Below, piece by piece: positions 53,677 through 64,000 of a DNA stretch of 64,000 nucleotides; within the stretch, counting starts at the first letter, position 1, and every line of letters begins with the position of its first letter. Origin of the DNA: a virus. The position numbers were made by a program, and so were the translations under genes. The stretch lies in the IMG/VR virus record IMGVR_UViG_3300028028_000133; one strand, written 5' to 3'. Under the pieces are notes generated by a model. That model saw nothing but the letters and a program-made list of their open reading frames with translations. It made no database searches and was not told where the DNA came from.

Positions 53677-54264
53677 TCACCCGCGGGACTCTTTGGCTTC
53701 AACAAAATATTTGTGCGGCATGAGAAAACTGCCGTCTTTTGCGGTAAACTCAACATGGAAGCCGCCACGAAACATTAAGGGTAATCCCATCAACTCGCTA
53801 TTCTGAAGAAGCATCTTGTTGAGGGTGCGTTCATCACTGTCCACTTCATCGGCGGCTACTCTAAAAACTTTTTCAAATTGGACGTCGCTGATTCTTATGT
53901 CGTCTGGATCAACTTCGCCTATCTGCATAATCAGGTCGGTCGGCACGTCATACCGAAGAACTACGCCGCGGCCTTTGTAATCAGGCTTTCCAATTGTGAA
54001 AAACAGTCCGCCACGCCAACCCCAGCTGCCTCTGTTACTATCCCGAGATCCGTCCAGTTCGTCGCCGGAAGCAACAGCATCTCCGACTTCTTTGCTTGTG
54101 CCATGATACAGCGGCACTTTATCGCCGAAGCGTTTTCGTAATATTTTTGTGAACTGTTTTATGGTTAAAAGAGGTTTTTTCGCTTTCTCCTCCGTACCCT
54201 TATATTTCCTCGCTTCTACGGCGAGGGGTCGGAGTTCTTTGGGAATAACTTTTAAAGCATTCAT
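53677..54264 (-). CDS. hypothetical protein, possible ADP-ribosyltransferase-like fold
   Basis: LYHGTS...GLFFT; N-terminal IPKELRPLAVEARKYK. Confidence 0.4.
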   Translation of the reverse strand: MNALKVIPKELRPLAVEARKYKGTEEKAKKPLLTIKQFTKILRKRFGDKVPLYHGTSKEVGDAVASGDELDGSRDSNRGSWGWRGGLFFTIGKPDYKGRGVVLRYDVPTDLIMQIGEVDPDDIRISDVQFEKVFRVAADEVDSDERTLNKMLLQNSELMGLPLMFRGGFHVEFTAKDGSFLMPHKYFVEAKESRG

Positions 54265-54308
54265 CGTAAAATTCCCCCTCGCCAGATTTTTAGACTGAGT
54301 TGCTACTG

Positions 54309-54767
54309 CTAATCGGACTTTTCTGCTATCTCGATTACTCTCGTGGCGTACAAACTTGGTAGATTCTTCTTCTTAAGTTTTCTTGCACCACGAGGTCCGT
54401 TAAAATATGCCGCGATTGCCCAGTATTCATCATTAAACTGTTTCCGAAGCGCCGCATAATAATAACATCCGATCCGGATGTTGTATTCCGGAATAAAAAG
54501 AGTATCACCATCCCACTTTATCCCCAGTTTCTTTGCAATCACCTTCCCTGTCGTGGGCATTACCTGCATAATACCGATGGCGCCCTTATGAGAAACCGCA
54601 AACCAATTGCCATTGGACTCGAGTTTTATTATCGCTTTAACAAAAATAGGATTTAATTTAAACTCTTCCGAGGCAAGGATAACACAACGGTCAACAACAT
54701 CGGTAAGCGTGGGAGCGTGGGCATAGGTGCTCAACAACAAAAACAAAACGCTCAACATTTTTTTCAC
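54309..54767 (-). CDS. lytic transglycosylase (SLT domain)
   Basis: IKLESNG, AVSHKGAIGIMQVMPTT, NIRIGCYY, AAYFNGP; N-terminal signal-like segment; start codon uncertain. Confidence 0.85.
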   Translation of the reverse strand: MKKMLSVLFLLLSTYAHAPTLTDVVDRCVILASEEFKLNPIFVKAIIKLESNGNWFAVSHKGAIGIMQVMPTTGKVIAKKLGIKWDGDTLFIPEYNIRIGCYYYAALRKQFNDEYWAIAAYFNGPRGARKLKKKNLPSLYATRVIEIAEKSD

Positions 54768-56045
54768 GGCATACCTCCTTTGTGAAATTAAAAAAAAGTT
54801 ATTGCATTTTCCATCGCACGCGATTTTCTGCAGCCTCGGCAGTTGCTGCCATATCGAGCCTGTGCGTGTTCGCGTAATCAATAATTTCAGACACCGCCCT
54901 ATCAATCATCCATCCAATTTCTCGCGAATGCTCTTTCGTTACAGGGTTATCCATGCGACCTCCTTTATTCAATTTGGTCTACACCTGCCACAAAAAAAAC
55001 CTTTAGAAATTTTTAAGCCGTTTCACCACGACATATTTTGTAATTCAGGCATAATCGCTATCATGTGGTTTTTATATCCGTCGGGATTAATTATCGTTAT
55101 TGTTTCCGGGCCCGAGGATACAGAAACTATGTGTTTATTAATGCGGGTTGCCATACTGTGCCACTTTGCGTTAAGCTCTTTTAGAATAGGTATCACGGTT
55201 TCGTTGGTTCCAAAAACGGCATCAATATTCCTCGCCTTTCTTATGGCTTCAAAATCCTTAAAAAATCCGAAAATCAAAGTGTCACCTAAAACAAACTCCT
55301 TGTTTTCCTTTTTTTGGAATACTTTTTCGATATATTCTTGAGCATACTCTTTTGCTTTTTTCACAAATACCTCCGCAATTAAAACAGCGAGACGAATTGA
55401 CGTCTTTCCGCCAATTCGCCCCGCTGTCAAAAATGGATCAATACGCAGGGCGTATTGGACTACTACATCCTTGTATAGCAATTGCCATCACAATCGGAAC
55501 GATAATCCACGCGTGCTCAAACAAAAAACATACAATGCTGTCGACGAATATCTGGTTCTTATGACGAATGCGTCTTTGAAATCTCAGGGATTCCTCAAGT
55601 AGTTCAGTCATTAAAACCCTCTCTTTTGAATGGGTTATCAGACGAACCAGACGGGAGAACGCGTCCGTATATGTCCCTGTCCAGCATCGGAATGTCCGGA
55701 CCAAAAAAGATACCTTCTTTTCTTAAATCTTCTTCTATGTTCGGAGTATCAGCAAGAAGGTCCAAATCGTCCAGTTCTATCACCACATTTTTTTTGTTAT
55801 GCATTATATATCCCCCTCTGTTCACAGACGATGGATTCAACCACATTGCCTGTCCTGTAACGAATTGTTTTGTTCGCCTGAACAGCGGCATCGCCTTCTG
55901 TTAATGCAAAAACACGAACAAGCGATGACTCCTTCAAATCTTTTGAACCAATCAAAACTTTATAAGCATTAATTTTCATAAAACACCTCCAAATTAAAAA
56001 GCGAACACCCATACTTCTAATTGTGTTCGTCTTTTTTGTAAAAAC

Positions 56046-56110
56046 TAAGCCCGCCATCTCCTTAAAAACACAGTATATAATCTGTGTTCAGAAATGGCGG
56101 GGTTTATTCT
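56046..56110 (-). repeat. conserved 65-nt hairpin, copy B
   Basis: Second copy of 49182..49246. Confidence 0.7.
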
Positions 56111-56441
56111 AAATTCACTTTTTCAGGATTACCGAGGAATACGCCTGTTTGCAAAATGATTGCTAAGCAATTTTGCAACATCAGTAGTATCCGGTATGGC
56201 AGTAGCTGAGTATTTTGCTTTCGGTTCAGCCACGCACAGCTGCCTTGTCCTTAGCAAATTATCCAACCCTTGGTTCAACAGTCTTTTAAACGTGTGAACG
56301 AAAGTATAGCCAAACTCATCCTCTGCGTCTTCCTGATTTTCAACAGCGCGGATAGCCAGCATTTCCTCAACCGTGTATTTCCTTCTTCTTGCTTCCATTT
56401 CGATAGCACGACCTGCTCTAATCAACATAAATTTCTCCTCC

Positions 56442-56741
56442 CTATATCGACACGGGAATTATGTCACCCGTTGTCGTCTGCGGTGTGTGCGATGCAACCA
56501 CCACGCCCCCACCAATTCTCGGGTCAAAAACTGCGACCCATAAAGCTGGATGATAGACATGAACCAGAGTGCAATACAACCACGTTGGTCCTCGGCCACT
56601 TATAACAACACCTTTTGTCGAAACAACTTTCGGGACTCTGCGTTCAAGTCCGCGAAGTGTATCGGGTGCTATCGGGCCTTTCAACTCAAATTGCAACAGG
56701 AGAAATTTTTTTGTCTCCTTGCTTGTAAAACTAATGTCCAC
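56442..56741 (-). CDS. csx3: Csx3/Crn3-family ring nuclease
   Basis: KGVVISGRGPTWLY..LVH.YHP..WVAVFDPRIGGGVVVASH...GDII; GTG start at 56741 after GAGGAGG. Confidence 0.85.
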   Translation of the reverse strand: MDISFTSKETKKFLLLQFELKGPIAPDTLRGLERRVPKVVSTKGVVISGRGPTWLYCTLVHVYHPALWVAVFDPRIGGGVVVASHTPQTTTGDIIPVSI

Positions 56742-57203
56742 TGGCAGCCACCTCCTCTTCCGAAGGCAGTATCGATATGACCGGAACAATATCTTCCGTA
56801 GCATTATCACGTAAAACCCGGACATGGTCGTAATCGTTTACGAACTCTAAAACTGTGAATGAATATTTTTGTCTCAGTGCAACAGCACGAACGAGTTTCA
56901 ATAAAAAACCTGACATTACATCACCAACTTTGACCATGTTCATTCACCTCCGAGATGTGCGGTTGATACTCTTGCCGCTGTTACACGGCGAAGCAGGTCA
57001 TCTTTTGTTGGAACAGGCTCACGGCATGATCCTTGCCCGCCAGCACCGACACAGAATCCATATTCATTGCGAGGTTCACCCACGCAATTTGTTCCACTGC
57101 TTTTTGATTCGTTCATTTTTACCGCCTCCTTTTCCATAAAATAAAAAGCGTGTATAGGATAATCTAACACGCTTGAATTTTAATTGTCCAAAATATTGAA
57201 AAA

Positions 57204-57731
57204 TTATTTCAGACAACACTTCTTGTATTTTTTGCCACTACCGCACTTGCACGGATCATTCCTGCCGATGCTGGATGTTTTGTACCCTATGTCAAGCAAA
57301 GTTATGCCCTGAAGATGATCATACTCATGTTGAAACACTTGGGCTTCTTTGCCTTCCAAAGCATAAGTTCCGCCAATGTCATCTTTGACAAGAACGTATG
57401 TCGCACGTTTAACCAAGAACGATTTCCCGGGAAAACTCAGGCATCCTTCGGCAACCAATATGCTCATGTCTTTTGTCATTTTCTTCGGATTGCAATCTTT
57501 TCTGATGCAGCCGGATTCCAATATCACAGGATTGCAAACTTTTAGAATCTTGCCATTTAAGAGTTTCATAACAAAAGCTCGCTTATGGATTCCGATTTGG
57601 ACAGCAGCCAAGCCCACGGCAGTGTCATACATCGCTAATTCAGATTCAAGCTTTTTGAATATGTCGTCCCGTTCTTCCTGCAGAACAATTGCTGATGGTT
57701 TATTCAGGACCAACTTGTCTGTGATTATCAC
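57204..57731 (-). CDS. def: peptide deformylase with C-terminal SEC-C motif
   Basis: GLAAVQIG, EGCLS, QHEYDHL; GRNDPCKCGSGKKYKKCC; likely GTG start at 57731. Confidence 0.9.
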   Translation of the reverse strand: MIITDKLVLNKPSAIVLQEERDDIFKKLESELAMYDTAVGLAAVQIGIHKRAFVMKLLNGKILKVCNPVILESGCIRKDCNPKKMTKDMSILVAEGCLSFPGKSFLVKRATYVLVKDDIGGTYALEGKEAQVFQHEYDHLQGITLLDIGYKTSSIGRNDPCKCGSGKKYKKCCLK

Positions 57732-58324
57732 TGGACACCACCTCCGCTTTAAATTTATTGGTATGAGAGCATCGACGCTGGTGTCCGTAGCAATCCGTTC
57801 TTTGGTATTTCCCGAATCCCTTGACACCCTGAAAGAGCATACAGTAACTGCCGGCACCATCAATCCAAACATGCTCGCATTCAGAATTGAAATCCTTCTT
57901 TGACTGTTTGTTTGATTCTTCCAGTTGTATTTTCACTTTTTTTTCTATGTCATCATATATACTCATCGTATACCACCCCTTTCTTAAAATTCTTCGGACT
58001 CTTCTGACACGACCTCGTAAACAGTCAGTTTCGTACTTTGTAAATCATATCCCGCCCAGTTGTTCCGGCACTGGATTAGGGCATCGGTCGAGTTTACGGC
58101 TTCGCCCGCGAAAAGAACTTGCAGGTTCTCAACGGTTACGGGTTCGGCCCCACCGCCCAACGACTTATACGGCAGCTGTGTATATCCTGCATCAGTAACT
58201 ACCACGAATTTTCTTTTTGGCATGAGTATTCTCCTTTTTTTCGTCTCCCGAAAACAACTTAAATATTCCGGAATATCCTATGTGCTTTGGGTGACATAGA
58301 AACCCTGTCAATACAGGTAGGGGC

Positions 58325-58377
58325 AAAAAAAAGCCCACAGAGCGTCTCTGATTTTCAGAAACACCCCATGGGCTTTT
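58325..58377 (-). terminator. Rho-independent terminator
   Basis: AGCCCATGGGGTGTTTCTG...CAGAGACGCTCTGTGGGCT stem followed by a T tract. Confidence 0.6.
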
Positions 58378-58628
58378 CATAACATCATCTATATGATTTG
58401 TTCTTAATTAAACAAACTCAAAACCAATACTTAAGAATTTATGTTTTCATAGCCAATCACCTCCCCGCCATGTTAACCGCGATTCTACTGATTAACATAT
58501 CTTTATTGCAAAAGCAAACATCAAAAAAAGCGCTTGATAAAATTAAGCACGCTCTAATTTTAATAATAAACTTCAATTAATATTATTTAAGATAAAACAT
58601 ACGGCGACCGGTTAAGACCGCCGCAGGT

Positions 58629-59066
58629 TCGTCGCTCGTCGTGAATGGATTATTCACAATGTCTGGCTCGCTTTTATATTCTGGGATTTTTCTCAACTAT
58701 GGCTCGCGCCAACCATTAGGTTTTTCAAGGATAATATATCACTCTGCTATTTTGGATTCCTTTTATGCACCGGCTCGCTCTGATAAGTTGGATTCCTCTC
58801 AAAGACTGGCTCGCTTTTTTCATTTGGTTTTTTTCAACTAGCGTGGCTCGTTCGCGATGTTTGGATTAATCAAATTCTATGACTCGCTTTCGCCCTTTGG
58901 GTTCCTCGCACAAGGTGGCTCGCTCAGGCAGACTGGTTTTCTCACTGGCACTGGCTCGATTACATTTCTTGGGCTACTCTTTCACATCGACTCGCTTGAC
59001 TTGCCTGGATTTCTCATAACCAATGGCTCGCTCTCAATAAATGGATTACTCATACGCCCCGGCTCG
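58629..59066 (-). repeat. TIGR-like dual-repeat guide RNA array, about 12 units of 36 nt
   Basis: GGCTCG-like motif on the + strand at 58665, 58701, (58736), 58772, 58808, 58845, 58881, 58917, 58953, 58989, 59025, 59061; second motif TGG(A/T/G)TT midway; variable 8-9 nt segments between. Confidence 0.85.
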
Positions 59067-59075
59067 TTTAAAAAC

Positions 59076-59107
59076 ATAGTGCCCCGTCCGTAAAGACGGA
59101 ACACTAT
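59076..59107 (-). other. hairpin between the tas-like gene and the array
   Basis: ATAGTGTTCCGTC-TTTACG-GACGGGGCACTAT followed by GTTTTT. Confidence 0.55.
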
Positions 59108-59111
59108 TATG

Positions 59112-60011
59112 TCAGTTTTCTTTAGGTTCCCTATCAATAGATTCTGTTACCTTATCGCAGAATTCTTCAGGCTTCAGCAAATGCTGATGTCCGAGCTTTC
59201 CGATAGCATAAGGTTCTGAAACTGGTAGATTTACGCCCTTGCGCCATTCTAGCCAGAGAAACTGAAGAAATAATTTTATCATTTTTCTGAACGCCATCGC
59301 ATGGATGTGTCCTTCGGCAATCACTTTGTCGTTTTCGACATGTTTGCCGTTCACTTTCGGCAGTTCTGCAGACGGAACAATTTTCTTGCCTTCGTTTGTG
59401 AATCTCTGGACAAGAATTTCTTTTTCCTTATCGTAATATTCTTTGAACTTCCCATTGGCGCGGAGCAAGGAAGAACCCAGTCGCCAACAAGTCATGCGAA
59501 GCTGCGAGCAATAAGAAAGTTTTTTGCCTTTCTCTCTTCTCTGAGTTTCGCCGGTCTCTTTATCTTTACCATAGCCAGCGAACTGCCAGAGACTGGAAAC
59601 GTGCGGGCATTTGTTGATATCAACCAAGCCCACAACTTTAGCAATATTTTCCAGTCCGATGCCTTTCACTCGTGAATACCAAGGATATGCTGGATGAACC
59701 TTAACATAATCTCCGATTCTTTTTGTAAGGTAGTCTTCAATTTGGACAAGCCTTCTGAATACTTCCTCTGTTTCCGGATCTTCCTTGGCATGTTTAGCAA
59801 TATGGGTAATCCGGTTTTGGGCGCCCACCCGATTCCCTTCTATAGACAACAAGGTGTCCACTAAAGTTGGCAGAGCACCGATTGTCGCCACGCTCGGGAC
59901 AGGCAGTTGCACCGGAACAGAAGTAGCCGGCACCGTAATTGTTTTAATCCTGATATTTGCCTTCGCCAACTTGACTGCTTTAACTTTTTTCTTTTTACTT
60001 TTTTTCAGCAT
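59112..60011 (-). CDS. TasA-like Nop/IS110 RNA-binding domain protein without a nuclease domain
   Basis: R....NR coiled coil, VKGIG, SSLWQFAGY, YY...K, HIHAMAFRKMIKLFL; no RuvC DEDD or HNH domain; adjacent to the 36-nt array; likely start ATG at 60011 after GGAGGAG. Confidence 0.8.
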   Translation of the reverse strand: MLKKSKKKKVKAVKLAKANIRIKTITVPATSVPVQLPVPSVATIGALPTLVDTLLSIEGNRVGAQNRITHIAKHAKEDPETEEVFRRLVQIEDYLTKRIGDYVKVHPAYPWYSRVKGIGLENIAKVVGLVDINKCPHVSSLWQFAGYGKDKETGETQRREKGKKLSYCSQLRMTCWRLGSSLLRANGKFKEYYDKEKEILVQRFTNEGKKIVPSAELPKVNGKHVENDKVIAEGHIHAMAFRKMIKLFLQFLWLEWRKGVNLPVSEPYAIGKLGHQHLLKPEEFCDKVTESIDREPKEN

Positions 60012-60813
60012 TTCTCCTCCTCGGAGCAGATTTGACATCTGCATCCTGATTATTTTTTCCCGCCCCAATCCGGCAAGCCAAAACCTCGCGGATTTTTTCA
60101 ATCCTTTCCAAATTGAGATTTATAGCGACAATCTCTTTCTGACGTTTTTCTGCCGCAGCCGCTTTTTGTTTTTCGGTTTTAGCAAAGGTTGTGGAATTTT
60201 GCAACCACTTCGGTTTGTCCTTAAGAACGGCAATAGCATTGTCAATCGCAGTCAGATGGCATTGTCTCAATGTCTTTGGCTGGCACCTGGCAAACTTGCA
60301 AGTAGCGAGATATGTTTTATACTCGCTTTTAAAATGCCCGAGCCAAAGAGTTTTATTATCGTCCGTGTAATAGCAGGATAGCGAAGTATCCATACACTTC
60401 TCGACGGATTGAATATGTCTTTTCATATTCAGCAATGCTTTTTGAAATGCTCCAAGGACTGCCTCATCGGGAACGCGTGCTTTTTTCAGCTCGGGAAGAA
60501 TAAGACCGAACAGGCGACTGCCTGAAACATTAGGGTAATCGTCTTTGCCAATACCCGCCTTTTCATAGCGGTCGAGAATAGCGGCGTCAGTAGGACCATC
60601 TGCTTTCCAATTCCTCGTGTCGCACACGGCGTCGTCTTGGTGCTCGATAATTTCTTTTAACAGATTTGTTGGGTTTTCTTGGGGTAACTGGTTTTTGGGT
60701 TTTTTCATGAATGCCCAGCTGATACGCCCACCCGATGCTGGGATGAGTGCCGATTTGGTAGGTGTATATGCTTCTAATTTTTCTCCGGAAAAAAGTTTTG
60801 TTTGGCGTTCCAT
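59995..60813 (-). CDS. hypothetical protein overlapping the start of the tas-like gene
   Basis: 272-aa ORF; its 3' end overlaps the next gene's start. Confidence 0.6.
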   Translation of the reverse strand: MERQTKLFSGEKLEAYTPTKSALIPASGGRISWAFMKKPKNQLPQENPTNLLKEIIEHQDDAVCDTRNWKADGPTDAAILDRYEKAGIGKDDYPNVSGSRLFGLILPELKKARVPDEAVLGAFQKALLNMKRHIQSVEKCMDTSLSCYYTDDNKTLWLGHFKSEYKTYLATCKFARCQPKTLRQCHLTAIDNAIAVLKDKPKWLQNSTTFAKTEKQKAAAAEKRQKEIVAINLNLERIEKIREVLACRIGAGKNNQDADVKSAPRRRNAEKK

Positions 60814-61568
60814 TTATATCACATCTTCTTTTAAGTGCCACTGATTGGCGATTGGAATAGATAGGCGTATTCCCTGATTAGCGAACATCTTTTGTATTGC
60901 AGGGAAAACGCTTACGGGCTTTTCTTCGTAATCTTTTATTATCTTCGCCGCATCCGACATTGCGAGAAAGAACGATTCTATCCCCGCGATTTCTTCGTCC
61001 AATATCTCTATTGATTCTTGGCTGTTGGTTGCATATTCTATGTCGACTCCGTTGTCAAACCCGCCCCCGAAAAACAACACAGTCAGGAAATTGGACGCAT
61101 ATGCAATACTAAGCGGCATCCATGGATAATATTGAACTGTTTTTACGGATTCTGAAAGTGGCTCAACATTAATTTCTATATTTGGCATTCTTAAGTGTTT
61201 TTTTACTGGCACCATTTTCCCGTTTTCAGATATTGGCATCGCTTGGGCTATGTCTGTGTATTGTGACCTCGCGAGTATTTGAGTAATTCTCGACAAGAAA
61301 AAGAATTTACTCATCCCACCATCTTCTACGTTGATAGACAAATTTATAGATAAAATCGGTATGGCGGGCATGTCAACTATTGCATTGCTTTCTTCAACTG
61401 TAATATTTTTATTCGCATCGCAGCGGATTTCAACCCAGTGTCGGGAATCGACTATCCCAGACATATTTCCGGTATCTAATTTTATCCAACTGAGTTTACT
61501 TAATGATTTACATGCCGTGATAAATGCAGATTCTGTTTTATCTTCGCTCATTTTGACCTCCGTTTTAC

Positions 61569-62015
61569 TCAATCCACGCTACCGCATTTTGGACATGTGT
61601 ATAGCCCTTCAGCGTACTCCATTTTGATTTTACAGATTATGCAGGTTTTGTGTTTTCCGATTTCTTTTTCTGCGATACCGACGATTGAAATGTATTTTCT
61701 TACATTTTTCAACCACGCACCGGTCTGCTTGAATGTCGGCAATTCTATATTGACGAGAACAAATCTGGCAGTTCCAATATCGTATTTGACCTCGTAAATA
61801 TTTTTATTGTGTCCCAATAAGTCCCGCTCGTAGATATCTTTTCCGCCCTTGTCCGCCAGGTTTAATCCTCTGTCGGGCTTGCCACCCGCCCGCATCCAAG
61901 GTAGAAGTATGTTGCGGATATTGTCCGCCGGCGCTGGATTGATTATGTCCTGCAGGTTAAAATAAATCGTGGTATTTTTCTCTTCGATTATGGCCCTGAA
62001 TTTTATTTCGCTCAC
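61569..62015 (-). CDS. YopX family protein
   Basis: EIKFRA N-terminus; GLNLADKGGKDIYERDLL. Confidence 0.65.
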   Translation of the reverse strand: MSEIKFRAIIEEKNTTIYFNLQDIINPAPADNIRNILLPWMRAGGKPDRGLNLADKGGKDIYERDLLGHNKNIYEVKYDIGTARFVLVNIELPTFKQTGAWLKNVRKYISIVGIAEKEIGKHKTCIICKIKMEYAEGLYTCPKCGSVD

Positions 62016-62458
62016 GCTTTTCTCCTATAAAAACTTTTTTATGTATTTCAGCCGGTCTTTAACAAAAAGCATTTTCTGCGGGTGATATTTCCATCTTACT
62101 ATGCGCACCGGTTCTATCGATTTATTGCACCCGTTGCATATATAGCCGTACGAGACGGGGTTGATGTCGCTGCTATCGCATTTCGGGCAGAAGAAATCTC
62201 CCCAGCCCCAGAATGCTTTCATGAACCCGACGCCGAATAATATATCGTTAACGCTTTTGAATACCTGCTCGATGCCCAGGCCGCGATATACTAGGCAAAT
62301 CCCGTCTCCCCGGAATTCAATCCGGTAATTTTCCATCCAGCCCGCACCCTGTGCTTTTGCTATCGCCTTGGTGACTATCTGCTTATCTTGACGTGTCATT
62401 TCTTTTTTCTCCTTACCACCTTTGCTGGCGATGGCTACTATTACCTCTTTCTTTTCTT

Positions 62459-62803
62459 CTAAAAAGATGATGAATATTTTTTAGCGTTTGTGTCCGCCTC
62501 GCTTTTCCAATACCGATAAAGAATTACATCATCGGAATATTTCGCCAATTCGTGTTTAAGTTTTGGCCCGATATCATAAATGCAGAGCACGAAACTATTA
62601 TTACGAGCGATATCGCTTTGCGGGACTTTGGCGTACAGTAATCCGTATTTAACCAGTATATCCTCTGCCATCGACATCAATGCTTTTTTATTACTGCTAA
62701 ACCACAGATATTTACCGATGACAGATTTTCTGTTCATCTTGCTATCCGGATTCACGATGTATGTCCAGCCGTCAATATTTTTCAGGTATATTTTATTTTT
62801 CAT
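62459..62803 (-). CDS. hypothetical protein, possibly DUF1917/eIF4E-like fold
   Basis: GKYLWF...AKV...VLCIY...YWKSEADT pattern. Confidence 0.35.
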   Translation of the reverse strand: MKNKIYLKNIDGWTYIVNPDSKMNRKSVIGKYLWFSSNKKALMSMAEDILVKYGLLYAKVPQSDIARNNSFVLCIYDIGPKLKHELAKYSDDVILYRYWKSEADTNAKKYSSSF

Positions 62804-64000
62804 TTTTCAAGAAATTAGAATGTTATTTTTCGCCCAAAGTTTTTATGTTTTCACACCCGGCTTTCAAAATCAAGAATTTTACGCGTTCGGAATTTTTCCA
62901 AGCGATAGGCGACCAGTTCTCCAAATAAGTTGCTAACGATTGCCGCTGACGAATATCGAGTCGTCTGCGTTTTTCCCCTGACGGAACAATATATGCCACG
63001 TCGTCTTCAAATATAAGATGCTTATTGGCATCTTGTTCATTGAAACACCTTTCAAATTCTTTGCTAATATCTACTGATTCAAGTGGTTTTATTTTACCAG
63101 ATTTTGCTTTTTCCCATGTGCTCTGAATAGAAACATTCACAAATTTTGTGAGTATTCTTTTTTTATGTGTATATGTAACCAATAAAGTGATTAACTTATT
63201 CCCATATGTTTTAGGCAGGTAAATTGGTTTATCTCTAACATGATCATCTATCATTCTTGAGGGGATATGATGGACAATATTCTTGCTGTCAATACACAGC
63301 CAGCGGAATCCCATTCCCTCTGGTTCCTCTGATCCGTATGATTCTGTTTGTGCTTCTGGTATTCTTGTGATAGTTGATGTTTCCATAAGTTTTTCGCTCC
63401 TCTTGTAGTCCGTTTATTTTTTTTCTATTTTTTGGTTGTCTTTTTTGAATTTTTCAAGTGCGTTGTCATAAACGCTTTTGATGTAAATTTTCCAGAATTC
63501 GTCTTGAGCCTTTTTGTCATCATTAAATATACTGGTAATAGTATATGTTTTTCCCTTAACAACCACTTTTCTTACAACCTTTTTGCTCTTTTCGTTATCC
63601 ATGAACAGCACCCCCTTTTTTTCTGTTCGCATTTTTTATTTTATGCCGCGATTTTTTGTCGGGCATAATTAAGTCTTTGTATGCCACCAGATATCTCCGC
63701 GGATCCCCATATTTCAGGTCGTCGATACTCTCAACAAACGCCATCCACTGTTTTGGTGTTCCTGTTTCCGGATGATGATAGTTCTCGGGTTTCGGATTAA
63801 AAACGGGAAGTTTTTTTGTTATGCGGTATTTGATAAAGCTTTTTACAATGAAGCGGCCGCGGTCGGCACAACAAGCCGGACCATACAATCTGGAACACAA
63901 CTCTGTAACATGAAGGTCAAACAGATTCCAGTCCGTATAGATATTGCAAATAATATGGTCATTAACACCAAGCGTCTTTTTTACGACCTCGTTAATAATG

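Noticed and set aside
58629..59066. CRISPR array
   Set aside because: The conserved blocks are only about 9 nt and of two alternating kinds, with ~9-nt variable parts. There are no 23-47 nt repeats and no cas1/cas2.
58641..59093. + strand ORFs 58641..58841 and 58857..59093 as 12-aa repeat proteins
   Set aside because: They are a by-product of the 36-nt period. Units of 35 and 37 nt break the frame, and the ORFs are antisense to all neighbouring genes.
59076..59107. Fourth retron-like RNA (GGGGCACTATGTT resembles the 5' arm)
   Set aside because: The motif is the 3' arm of a short local hairpin, and no msr loops, linker or msd hairpin follow.
59112..60101. IS110 transposase / active IS element
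   Set aside because: There is no N-terminal RuvC-like DEDD domain and no evident catalytic Ser motif. The adjacent array fits Tas better.

Overview
This is a gene-dense segment of a large mobile element, most likely a jumbo phage or a large plasmid-like element. No virion genes are visible, so the class is inferred. Essentially all real genes lie on the minus strand, and most + strand ORFs in the track are shadows. Recognisable genes cover replication and recombination (RecG, DnaG, two SSBs, an SMC-like ATPase fused to a DnaX/tau-like C-terminus, an SF2 helicase, several exonucleases, RadC), nucleotide metabolism (Tmk, Ndk, a dNMP-kinase-like protein, a deoxyribosyltransferase-like protein), a sigma-70 factor, a MoxR/VWA pair, a peptide deformylase and a lytic transglycosylase. 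Two RNA-based systems stand out. (1) A retron-type reverse transcriptase (10883-12070) has no recognisable effector but has three homologous, sequence-divergent msr-msd-like RNAs: one upstream (12118-12292), one immediately downstream (10690-10882) and one orphan about 10.5 kb away (22641-22804). (2) A 36-nt-period dual-repeat array of about 12 units (58629-59066) lies directly downstream of a nuclease-less IS110/Nop-domain protein, matching TIGR-Tas (TasA-like) architecture. Also seen: a stand-alone Csx3/Crn3 ring nuclease, an unlisted 58-aa histone-fold-like ORF, two tRNA-like RNAs with expanded interiors, and a duplicated, covarying 65-nt hairpin. All calls are by-eye motif and structure reading; no database searches were run.
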